Below, one piece after another: positions 49,906 to 58,368 of a stretch of 64,000 bases of DNA. The position numbers and the translations under genes were made by a program. Numbering within the stretch: the stretch's first letter is position 1; every line of letters begins with the position of its first letter. Source of the DNA: an uncultured Sediminibacterium sp. (GTDB taxonomy: Bacteria > Bacteroidota > Bacteroidia > Chitinophagales > Chitinophagaceae); the NCBI GenBank assembly GCA_964492205.1, contig CAZBJP010000001.1:31781-95780 (forward strand), in the 5' to 3' direction. The notes under the pieces were generated by a model. The model ran no database searches. It was not told the origin of the DNA and saw only the letters and a program-made list of their open reading frames with translations.

Positions 49906-51615
49906 ATGAAAGAAAAAAATTCAGATCGCCGTAGTTTTTTAAAAAACACTGCCCTATTAGGGATTGGCGCTCCTGCTGCCCTCTCCGTTGGCAACGCTGC
50001 ATTGGCAAGTACCAACAATTCTACCTCAAATTTCATTGGAGCAGGTAGTGATTCTAGCCAAGCCGAAAACGAATTTAGCATTTTCATTACCACTGATTTG
50101 CATGCACAAATTCATACACATGATGAATTTTTCTGGGAAAATGGCAAAGCGACTTATAAAAAAAGAGGTGGTCTTGCTGTACTTAAAACGATGGTAGATC
50201 AAATGAGGGCAAACTACCCTCAAAATATTTTATATGACGGCGGTGATTATTTTCATGGACATGGCGTGGCTTCGTTGTCTGAAGGAGAAGCGTTAATTCC
50301 ATTGATGAATGCATTCAAATACGATTTGATTTTACCTGGAAATTGGGAAGTCGTTTATAAAAAGAAAAAAATGCTCTATGATATGGGGCATTCCACTGCT
50401 GCAAAAATTTGTGCCAACATGTGGCATAAAACCAATGATACTGATAATGGGAATTTGATTTACCCTCCTTATTGGATTAAATATATTGCTGGTGCTAAAG
50501 TTGGATTCATTGGATATACAGATCATCTAGTACCTAAACGACAATCACCTGCCTATAGTGAGGGCATTAGTTTTACACATGCGACAGATAATGTGGCAAA
50601 ATATATAAACTACTTAAAAGAAGTCGAAGGGTGTGGAATCATTTTTGTTGTAACACATATGGGATTAGCACAACAAGTTGGTCTTGCAAATGATTCAAGA
50701 ATAGAAGGTGCTGATTTTATTTTAGGTGCAGATACACATGAACGAGTTCGTGTGCCCATTCAAGGCAAATACACCAAAGTGGTGGAATGTGGTGCGTTTG
50801 GTTCTTTTTTAGGAAAATTAGACATCAAAGTAAAAGAAGGAAGAATCGATTCTTATCATTACGAATTATTAGATGTAGATCCGGTCTTATATCCTGCAGA
50901 TAAAAAAACTTTAGCTTTAGTAGAAAAAGCTGCAGCACCTTATCAGGATGAAATGAACAAAGTCATTGGTTATACTAAAACGCCATTAGTACGTTATTTT
51001 GTTTTAGAAACACCGATGGACAATTTAATTACTGATGCAGTGATGTGGAAATTCAAACCAGATATAGCTTTAAGTAATGGATTCAGATTTTGTCAACCCC
51101 TAGCGGTTCCTGAAAATAAAAATCAAGTGGCTATTACTAATGAATTTTTATGGAATATGCTTCCGATTGATTCAACTGCAAAAACTGGTGAAGTAACTGG
51201 ATTACAAATTCTAGAATGGCTAGAAAAAGAATTAGAAAATGCATTTGCTACGGACCCAAGTAAAAGATTTGGTGGATGGTTTGTTCGCTTTGCTGGTATG
51301 GAAGTTAATTGTACAATTGGAATGCCAAAGGGACAAAGGGTCAACTGGGTAAAAATAAAAGGTCAAACATTAGATAAAAATAAAACCTATCATATTGTTG
51401 CTTGTGAAAGAGAAGGTGATCCAAATGATACTTTATGTAGAATTGAAAAAGTTAGTAATCCTGTAGCTACAAATATCAGTTTGCACGAAGTCATAAAGTC
51501 ATATTTGGCAAGTAATTCTCCAGTGGCACCAAAACTAGAGGGCAGAACAATTGCAACGGATAAGCCTCCAACTTTATTGACACAGTTACAAGGGACAAGC
51601 TATGATTTTAAATAA
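49906..51615 (+). CDS. SoxB-like thiosulfohydrolase / 5'-nucleotidase-family metallohydrolase, Tat-exported
   Basis: DRRSFLK Tat motif; TDLHAQ, DGGDYFHG, PGNWE, THMG, GADTHE, SNGFRF; located between porin and tsdA. Confidence 0.78.
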   Translation: MKEKNSDRRSFLKNTALLGIGAPAALSVGNAALASTNNSTSNFIGAGSDSSQAENEFSIFITTDLHAQIHTHDEFFWENGKATYKKRGGLAVLKTMVDQMRANYPQNILYDGGDYFHGHGVASLSEGEALIPLMNAFKYDLILPGNWEVVYKKKKMLYDMGHSTAAKICANMWHKTNDTDNGNLIYPPYWIKYIAGAKVGFIGYTDHLVPKRQSPAYSEGISFTHATDNVAKYINYLKEVEGCGIIFVVTHMGLAQQVGLANDSRIEGADFILGADTHERVRVPIQGKYTKVVECGAFGSFLGKLDIKVKEGRIDSYHYELLDVDPVLYPADKKTLALVEKAAAPYQDEMNKVIGYTKTPLVRYFVLETPMDNLITDAVMWKFKPDIALSNGFRFCQPLAVPENKNQVAITNEFLWNMLPIDSTAKTGEVTGLQILEWLEKELENAFATDPSKRFGGWFVRFAGMEVNCTIGMPKGQRVNWVKIKGQTLDKNKTYHIVACEREGDPNDTLCRIEKVSNPVATNISLHEVIKSYLASNSPVAPKLEGRTIATDKPPTLLTQLQGTSYDFK

Positions 51616-51641
51616 ATAATGTTGAAATTAAAGTCAATTTA

Positions 51642-52616
51642 ATGAAAAAAAAATACCTAATACTTCTTGGAATGGTTGCCGTTATAGGTATCTATTTTTT
51701 AGTGGGGTTTATAAGTGGAGATTATTTTAAAATAGATGGCACTATAGCTAAAACAGACAGTACTTGGGTAGGGCCAAGTATTTATTTAGACAATACTACT
51801 ATTGGAGAAGAACGAGCATTGGTCATCTACGGACAAGAGCTCATCGCACACACTTCTAAATATTTAGGCCCCAAAGGTTCTGTAGCTCAGATCACCAATG
51901 GTATGAATTGTCAAAACTGTCACTTGCAAGCAGGTGCAAAAGCCTGGGGCAACAACTATGCTGCTGTGTTTTCTACCTACCCAAAATATAGAGACCGAAG
52001 TGGACAAACAGAAAGCATCTATAAACGAGTGGCAGACTGTATGGAAAGAAGTTTAAATGGAACGGCTATAGATAGCAATAGTAAAGAATTTAAAGCCATC
52101 TATGCCTACATCAAATGGCTTGGTCAAGAGGTGGAAAAAGGAGATAAACCTCATGGATCAGGCATTGAAAAACTACCTTACTTAGATCGCGCAGCTGATC
52201 CTGAAAAAGGAAAAATAGTATATACTGCACAATGTCAAAGTTGCCATGGTGCCAATGGTGAAGGGCAATTGACATTAGATGAATTAGAATATGCTTATCC
52301 GCCATTATGGGGTTCACATAGTTACAATGATGGAGCGGGATTATATAGAATAAGTAATTTTGCAGGCTACGTTAAAAATAATATGCCCTACCTATTAACA
52401 TCGCACGAAAATCCAAAATTAACAGTAGAAGAATGTTGGGATGTAGCAGCCTATGTAAATAGTCAACCAAGACCACACAAAGACCAGACAAAAGATTGGC
52501 CTAAATTTGACAAAAAGCCGCTTGATTTTGCCTTTGCACCCTATGCAGATACTTTTTCAGAAAAACAACATAAATACGGACCCTTTAAACCAATTAAAAA
52601 ATTCTATAGTAAATAA
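51642..52616 (+). CDS. tsdA: Thiosulfate dehydrogenase TsdA-like diheme cytochrome c, N-terminally membrane anchored
   Basis: CQNCH and CQSCH heme motifs, RVADCMERSLNG active-site Cys, PPLWG.HSYNDGAG, NNMP, WDVAAYV..QPRP. Confidence 0.87.
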   Translation: MKKKYLILLGMVAVIGIYFLVGFISGDYFKIDGTIAKTDSTWVGPSIYLDNTTIGEERALVIYGQELIAHTSKYLGPKGSVAQITNGMNCQNCHLQAGAKAWGNNYAAVFSTYPKYRDRSGQTESIYKRVADCMERSLNGTAIDSNSKEFKAIYAYIKWLGQEVEKGDKPHGSGIEKLPYLDRAADPEKGKIVYTAQCQSCHGANGEGQLTLDELEYAYPPLWGSHSYNDGAGLYRISNFAGYVKNNMPYLLTSHENPKLTVEECWDVAAYVNSQPRPHKDQTKDWPKFDKKPLDFAFAPYADTFSEKQHKYGPFKPIKKFYSK

Positions 52617-52628
52617 AAAACACACAAT

Positions 52629-53192
52629 ATGATCGAACAAATTCAACAACCCTGGCCTTGGTATGTAGCCGGTATCCTTATTGGACTCATCGTACCTGCT
52701 TTACTTATTTTAGGCAATAAAACTTTTGGCATCTCATCTAATCTCAGACATGTATGTGCTGCCTGCTTCCCTGCAGACATTAAATTCTTTAAATACGATT
52801 GGAAAAAAGAGATTTGGAATTTCTTTTTTGTAGGAGGCATTATGATTGGTGCTTTTTTAGCTACGCAATTTTTAATGAATGGCGCTCCAATAGAAGTGAA
52901 TTCAGCATTAAAAACAGAGCTAAGCAACTATGGCATTAATAACTATAACTTCCTGCTGCCTTCAGAATTATTCAGTTTTGAAGCTTTATTCACCCTTCGT
53001 GGATTTATAGTCATGATAATAGGTGGATTCCTGGTTGGTTTTGGAACAAGGTATGCCGGAGGATGCACTTCAGGACACTCAATAATGGGCTTAAGTAATT
53101 TACAATGGCCTTCTTTAGTGGCAACTATTTGCTTTATGGCTGGAGGGTTTTTAATGGCTAATATTATTTTACCTTGGATTTTATCCTTATAA
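52629..53192 (+). CDS. YeeE/YedE family sulfur-compound transporter, half 1
   Basis: [28 protein letters not shown]. Confidence 0.92.
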   Translation: MIEQIQQPWPWYVAGILIGLIVPALLILGNKTFGISSNLRHVCAACFPADIKFFKYDWKKEIWNFFFVGGIMIGAFLATQFLMNGAPIEVNSALKTELSNYGINNYNFLLPSELFSFEALFTLRGFIVMIIGGFLVGFGTRYAGGCTSGHSIMGLSNLQWPSLVATICFMAGGFLMANIILPWILSL

Positions 53193-53202
53193 AAATTTCA
53201 AT

Positions 53203-53688
53203 ATGAACACAGAAAAAGTACAAAATTTAGATAGTAATACGGCTTGCGTAAATGCTTCTGAGCAACAACATCCTGGATGGTATAATTTGAAATACGCAGT
53301 TGTTGGTATCATTTTCGGCATCGTATTTGTAAAAGCTGAAATCGTTTCATGGTTTCGCATTCAAGAAATGTTTCGTTTACAAAGTTTCCACATGTATGGT
53401 GTAATTGGCACTGCTGTAGTAGTAGGTGCGATTTCGGTTTTCTTAATCAAAAAATTAAAAATAAAAACGATACACGGAGAAGAAATCAAAATTGCAGATA
53501 AAGAATTTAACAAAGGTCAAATTTATGGAGGCCTTCTATTTGGCTTTGGTTGGGCCATCACTGGAGCTTGTCCTGGACCATTATTTGCACATATTGGTGC
53601 AGGGTTCTATGCTGTATTAGTAGTGATCTTAAGTGCGATCGCTGGCACTTGGACTTACGGTTATTTTAGGGATAAATTACCCCACTAA
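53203..53688 (+). CDS. YeeE/YedE family sulfur-compound transporter, half 2
   Basis: SWFRIQEMF, FGFGWAITGACPGP. Confidence 0.92.
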   Translation: MNTEKVQNLDSNTACVNASEQQHPGWYNLKYAVVGIIFGIVFVKAEIVSWFRIQEMFRLQSFHMYGVIGTAVVVGAISVFLIKKLKIKTIHGEEIKIADKEFNKGQIYGGLLFGFGWAITGACPGPLFAHIGAGFYAVLVVILSAIAGTWTYGYFRDKLPH

Positions 53689-53737
53689 GCTATAAGAAAT
53701 TCTAGCAATACTCGGGTATGTTATAAAATAATGCCCT

Positions 53738-53769
53738 AAAAAAAGGCCTCGAAATCGAGGCCTTTTTTT
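53738..53769. terminator. Bidirectional intrinsic terminator
   Basis: AAAAAAAGGCCTCGA-AA-TCGAGGCCTTTTTTT. Confidence 0.88.
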
Positions 53770-54400
53770 ATTTTTTAATCCACTCTAGGCTATTACGATG
53801 CAAAATAATCCATCCGTTTTTTTCCATTTTTTTCATCAAACGACTTATCACTTCACGTGAACTATTTAAATCAGAAGCAATTTCTTGGTGTGTTAATTTA
53901 ATAGTATTGCCAAACTTAGCAACTTGCTTTTTCAAATAAAACTCTAATCGCTCATCCATATTTTTAAAAGCAACCTCGTTCACGGTTTTTAATAATTCTT
54001 CATAACGAGTTCGATAGGTCTTGATCACAAAATAATGCCAGCTCTTAAATTCACTAAGCCACTTGTCCATAAATTTAATTGGTATTGAAATTAACGTCAC
54101 ATCTGTCATTGCTTTTGCTAATACTTGACTTTGCTCAGCCTGAAAACTACAGACCATAGAAACCGCACAAGCTTGACCAGGAGAAATATAATACATGAAA
54201 TATTCATCTCCTTCTTCATCTTCTTGATATAACTTTACTGTTCCCTCAACAACTAACATTGTAGAGCGTATATTTTGACCTACTCTCAATAAAGATGCGC
54301 CAGCTTTAATTTCTTTGATTTCTGCATGCTCTAAAATTGCATCATATAAACCTTCCTCTAAATTTGGAAATAATTGTTTTAATTCTTGCTTCGTAATCAT
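53768..54400 (-). CDS. Crp/Fnr family transcriptional regulator
   Basis: cNMP-like domain with GQACAVSMVC; HTH THQEIASDLNSSREVISRL. Confidence 0.93.
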   Translation of the reverse strand: MITKQELKQLFPNLEEGLYDAILEHAEIKEIKAGASLLRVGQNIRSTMLVVEGTVKLYQEDEEGDEYFMYYISPGQACAVSMVCSFQAEQSQVLAKAMTDVTLISIPIKFMDKWLSEFKSWHYFVIKTYRTRYEELLKTVNEVAFKNMDERLEFYLKKQVAKFGNTIKLTHQEIASDLNSSREVISRLMKKMEKNGWIILHRNSLEWIKK

Positions 54401-54408
54401 AACGCAAA

Positions 54409-55182
54409 TTAAGCTATTTTATTTTCATTGAATCTCTTTACTAAAGTGATAGTAATCATTACAAGTAAGTAAACAATCGAAACTGTAGTAATTGTTTGTA
54501 TCAATGGATAAACTGCTCCTTGTCTTGCATATATACCCCAAAAAGCCCAAACAATAACCAAAGCAAAAGTTAGGATTTGATATTTTTTGATCATGATAAT
54601 TGCAAGCAATAAAGCAATAAAAATCATGATCACACTCCAATACATATCGCTCAATCCAAGTCCACCCCAATGATACGCTACTAATAAAGCAGTAATATTG
54701 GCAATAGTTGCTACCGAAATCCAACCAAAATAAATCATAAAAGGTGTATACAATATCAGCCTTTGAGTTTTGGTTAAATCATCCGCCAAATTTTTACTTT
54801 TCAAAAACAGTTGAATAAGCGTGATTAAAAAGAAGAACATGATTACTACAGACAATACAATTTGAAGATAATGCCATGCTATTATCCAAGCCATATTAAG
54901 CATACATGTAATTAAAAAAGAAGGATTAACACGCTCAATAAATGCATATACCTTTTCATTTTGATACCTTTTGATCGTATAAAACGTAAATGCAATGTTA
55001 TATATCAACAACATAAAATAAATCAGTCCCCAAATAGAAAATGTAAAACCAGCAGGCACAAATGCGTTCGGATAAAAGGCTGAAACTTGACCAGTATTCA
55101 GTCCATTGATTGGGAGGATGTTGGCTAAAGCATTCACAACAATGACGCTTATAAAGCACAACCAATTAAGCAATATTTTCAT
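54409..55182 (-). CDS. TspO/MBR-like tryptophan-rich sensory membrane protein
   Basis: NALANILPING, PAGFTFSIWGLIY, LNMAWIIAWHY, IYFGWISVATIAN. Confidence 0.78.
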   Translation of the reverse strand: MKILLNWLCFISVIVVNALANILPINGLNTGQVSAFYPNAFVPAGFTFSIWGLIYFMLLIYNIAFTFYTIKRYQNEKVYAFIERVNPSFLITCMLNMAWIIAWHYLQIVLSVVIMFFFLITLIQLFLKSKNLADDLTKTQRLILYTPFMIYFGWISVATIANITALLVAYHWGGLGLSDMYWSVIMIFIALLLAIIMIKKYQILTFALVIVWAFWGIYARQGAVYPLIQTITTVSIVYLLVMITITLVKRFNENKIA

Positions 55183-55265
55183 TTTAAATTATCTTTTAAA
55201 TAAAGTAATAGAAGACAAATTTAGTAGCATAACAATTTACAAAATAATTAGCTGAAGACATGATC

Positions 55266-55295
55266 AAAAAAGAAAGGCGGTATAAAAATACCGCC
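55266..55295 (-). terminator. Intrinsic terminator downstream of the tRNA-like RNA
   Basis: Minus strand GGCGGTAT-TTTT-ATACCGCC-TTTCTTTTTT. Confidence 0.82.
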
Positions 55296-55343
55296 CGAAT
55301 TCAGGATTGCTTGCTTATTTATACGGACCCCGAAAATCCATAG

Positions 55344-55414
55344 CTGTCATGGATGGAGTTGAACCATCGTTAAGGGTTTTGCTGACCCCTGCCTATCCGT
55401 TCGGCCACATGACG
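55344..55414 (-). tRNA. Non-canonical tRNA-Cys(GCA)-like RNA (pseudo-tRNA or tRNA mimic)
   Basis: Minus strand CGTCATG-TG-GCCGAACGGATAGGC-A-GGGGT-CAGCAAA-ACCCT-TAAC-GATGG-TTCAACT-CCATC-CATGACA-G folds as a 71-nt cloverleaf, but has C1xA72, A33 and G73. Confidence 0.8.
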
Positions 55415-55420
55415 ATAGGT

Positions 55421-55475
55421 CAAATATAGGAATTTTTTATAAAAGTCTATTAATTTAGTAGACTTTTATAAAAAA
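55421..55475 (-). promoter_or_regulatory. Bacteroidota -7 promoter element plus 17-bp perfect inverted repeat upstream of the tRNA-like RNA
   Basis: TATATTTG on the minus strand at 55421-55428; TTTTTTATAAAAGTCTA-N9-TAGACTTTTATAAAAAA at 55433-55475. Confidence 0.7.
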
Positions 55476-55509
55476 ATAAATCCGACTTTTTTAGCCGGAT
55501 CTATTTGGA

Positions 55510-57111
55510 TTATTGTTTAATGGTTGGGTAAGTGATACCCAATTGTTCTAAATAAGTACCGTATTTAGATGGATCATAATAAAACTTTTCTAATTGTGTT
55601 CTATATGCACCTTGTATTTCTTTGTTTAAATGGATTGCAGGAGGATCGTTCTTTGAAATAAATGGTATATACTGAACGTCTTTGTTTTGTACTTCTTTAA
55701 AATATTTTTTCGCTTCCACCACTAAGTTTGGCTTAGTAAATAAGTCTAACAATGTCATGGCTGTTGCTTCAGCTCCAACCAAAGAACCTTTATGTGCTAT
55801 CGGTGTCGCCATGGCAATCGCATCTGCCCAATGGTGTCCTTTTGTTCCAGGAATATTTGCTGGATACCTTAATACGATAGTAGGTACGTTCCAAGAAATA
55901 TCAGCAATATCATCTGATCCTCCACCCCATGAAAAAGCAACAGAGCCTTTTAATGTGTCTATATTTGATTTTAAACCATCTATCGGATTTCCTTGTTGAT
56001 CTTTCTTAGGGGCTTCAACTAAAGTTTGAACTCCTTTAGCCAAAGCAATATCTTTTTCATCCCAAACAGGCATACCAACTTTTTTTATATTCGCATGCAT
56101 CGCTTCGGCTAGTGGCTTATTAAAATGCCCAGGCCATGCAGTTCCTAAAATTTGATGAGATACTTTTGTATTTGTCATCATCGCTGCACCTTCAGCAATT
56201 TTAATACCTGATTCATAATTCATTTTAATATCCTCATAAGTACGTTCTCTAAAATAATACCATACGCTTGCTTTACTTGGGACAACGTTAGGTTGATCAC
56301 CTCCATCTACAATCACATAATGAGATCGATTCGTTGGCTTTAAATGTTCTCTTTTAAAATTCCAACCTACATTCATTAATTCTACAGCGTCCAATGCACT
56401 TTTTGCTCTCCATGGTTGACCTGCAGCATGAGCTGCTTCCCCCTCAAAATCAAATCTTACACTCACTAAACCATTGCCACCATTATCACCATAACTTGCA
56501 GCAAAGTCGCCACTAACATGTGTAAAAATACAAGCATCTACATTTTTAAAATAACCATCACGTACATACCAAGCTTTAGTACCTACTAGTTCTTCGGCAA
56601 TTCCTGGCCAAATTAAAATAGTTCCTGGTAATTTTTCTTTTTCCATTAATTCTTTCATTGCAATAGCAGCATAAATAATAACCGCTTGTCCAGAATTATG
56701 TCCTTCCCCATGTCCAGGAGCGCCTTCCACAATGGGTGATTTATAAGCCACCCCCGGCTTTTGAGATGCTTTAGGAATACAGTCGACGTCACTGCCCAAT
56801 GCAATAACTGGTGAACCAGAACCCCACTTTGCCATCCAAGCAGTAGGTACATTTGAAATGCCTTGCTCCACACTAAAGCCGTTTTTTGACAATACAGAAG
56901 TGATGAATTTTGAGGTTTCTACTTCCTGAAATCCAAGTTCTGCATAACTAAAAATTTGATCCACCATTACTTGAACTTCTTTGGATTTTCCTGCTACTGA
57001 TTGCATCAAAGTTTGCTTAAGTGCAGCTAAATCTTTTTCGGTATATTTTTTTTGTGCAGTAATAGGCAAAGAAAATGATAGTAAGCAAATAAATGCAAGA
57101 AAACGTTTCAT
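55510..57111 (-). CDS. M20 amidohydrolase (AbgB-like), exported
   Basis: AELGFQE, GHGEGHNSG, PGIAEE, AHAAGQPW, GGDQPNVVP, GGGSDD. Confidence 0.9.
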   Translation of the reverse strand: MKRFLAFICLLSFSLPITAQKKYTEKDLAALKQTLMQSVAGKSKEVQVMVDQIFSYAELGFQEVETSKFITSVLSKNGFSVEQGISNVPTAWMAKWGSGSPVIALGSDVDCIPKASQKPGVAYKSPIVEGAPGHGEGHNSGQAVIIYAAIAMKELMEKEKLPGTILIWPGIAEELVGTKAWYVRDGYFKNVDACIFTHVSGDFAASYGDNGGNGLVSVRFDFEGEAAHAAGQPWRAKSALDAVELMNVGWNFKREHLKPTNRSHYVIVDGGDQPNVVPSKASVWYYFRERTYEDIKMNYESGIKIAEGAAMMTNTKVSHQILGTAWPGHFNKPLAEAMHANIKKVGMPVWDEKDIALAKGVQTLVEAPKKDQQGNPIDGLKSNIDTLKGSVAFSWGGGSDDIADISWNVPTIVLRYPANIPGTKGHHWADAIAMATPIAHKGSLVGAEATAMTLLDLFTKPNLVVEAKKYFKEVQNKDVQYIPFISKNDPPAIHLNKEIQGAYRTQLEKFYYDPSKYGTYLEQLGITYPTIKQ

Positions 57112-57228
57112 TAAATGAACATGCATAATTTAATTATTTATAGAAGTAATAAAATGAATAATATGATTAAGTTACAAAAAAAATCCCCTATCTAGAAGAT
57201 AAGGGATTATTATTTTAAAAGCAGGTCA

Positions 57229-57654
57229 TTATTTAGCTGCCATTTTAAACTCAATGGTTTTAGAATTAGAAGCAGTGTTTTTTGAAGTCACTACAACTGT
57301 AAGCATATAGACCGTTCCTGGAGTTAAACCAGTGACAATCACAGAGTTGGTCAAATTTGAAGTCGTTATCGAATTGGTGAATGGTATGGTGTTATCTTGT
57401 AGTTTGGTCAATTTAGTGTCAATAGTTACTCCAGCTGCAGGTATGGCCGTCAATTTTACATCAATTTTTTGGGAAGTACCCACTACTGCATAGACTACAT
57501 TTGGACCAGGATCAATGTCAACTGTAACTACATTGGCATCTGATAAATTTGGTTCCTTAACTACAACTGGTGGAGCTGGTGTTGGCGCATCCCCTGATTT
57601 GCTGCATGCAGCTAGGTTAAGGATGAATATTAAAAAGAGTAAGTTACGCATCAT
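57229..57654 (-). CDS. Hypothetical lipoprotein with FN3/Ig-like C-terminus
   Basis: Lipobox LAAC, Pro-rich linker, VTGLTPGTVY. Confidence 0.7.
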   Translation of the reverse strand: MMRNLLFLIFILNLAACSKSGDAPTPAPPVVVKEPNLSDANVVTVDIDPGPNVVYAVVGTSQKIDVKLTAIPAAGVTIDTKLTKLQDNTIPFTNSITTSNLTNSVIVTGLTPGTVYMLTVVVTSKNTASNSKTIEFKMAAK

Positions 57655-57813
57655 GATGATAATTTGATTTGACCCTTTAAAGATAATAATTTTTAACAAT
57701 ATGTGCCAAGTAGCTTAAAATTTGATATAAAATAAAATTACCAATATGCATCGCGGAAGGCATAGCGTATAAATACGTTTAAAAGGAATAAAAAGAACCG
57801 ATAGATTTAAAAT

Positions 57814-58368
57814 ATGATAAGAGGTTTATTTTCCTTTGTAACTATTTTAGCTGCCTCCCTTTTAGTAGCAGATGTCTTAAAAGGGCAGGCTACTAGTATG
57901 CAATCCTTTACGATAGCTGCAGGAAGCTTTTACTCAAATCAGATCGATGCTTTACAAATTGAATGGCGACTAGATCTTGGATTAACCGCTTTAGAAATGA
58001 ATAATGCACCAAATTATTTATTTACTCCAGGTTTTATTCAACCCATCATTAATCGCTTCACCAATAAGATTGAAAAAGACAAGTATGATCCTAAAATTCA
58101 ACTTCGTTATAACCATAGCGGACACAAAGCTTTCCTTTTCTCTAATGAAACCGATTTGATGATTTATGGATTCCAAATTGTTGATCTACATGGACGCATC
58201 ATTTTTAAAGATCAATCAATGTTTGCTAGTAGTTATTTAAATAAGCCTGTAGAGCTATCTAATCTTGCAACTGGTACCTACTTTGTATTTGTATTTTATT
58301 TACCTGAATCTATAAGTCCGATTCAAAATAACTATTGGATGAAAAGCTTAAAGCTATTGAAACAATGA
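57814..58368 (+). CDS. Small exported protein with T9SS C-terminal sorting-domain-like end
   Basis: FTPGFIQP motif; IVDLHGR...LSNLATGTYFV...SLKLLKQ. Confidence 0.62.
   Translation: MIRGLFSFVTILAASLLVADVLKGQATSMQSFTIAAGSFYSNQIDALQIEWRLDLGLTALEMNNAPNYLFTPGFIQPIINRFTNKIEKDKYDPKIQLRYNHSGHKAFLFSNETDLMIYGFQIVDLHGRIIFKDQSMFASSYLNKPVELSNLATGTYFVFVFYLPESISPIQNNYWMKSLKLLKQ

Noticed and set aside
37661-55414. Sulfur/photolyase region as an island integrated at the tRNA-like gene
   Set aside because: No integrase or transposase, and I found no duplicated tRNA 3' end (att site) at the far side
55344-55414. Calling the element a normal tRNA-Cys, tRNA-Sec or initiator tRNA
   Set aside because: It lacks U33/U73 for Cys, has no long variable arm or UCA anticodon for Sec, and no CAU anticodon for fMet
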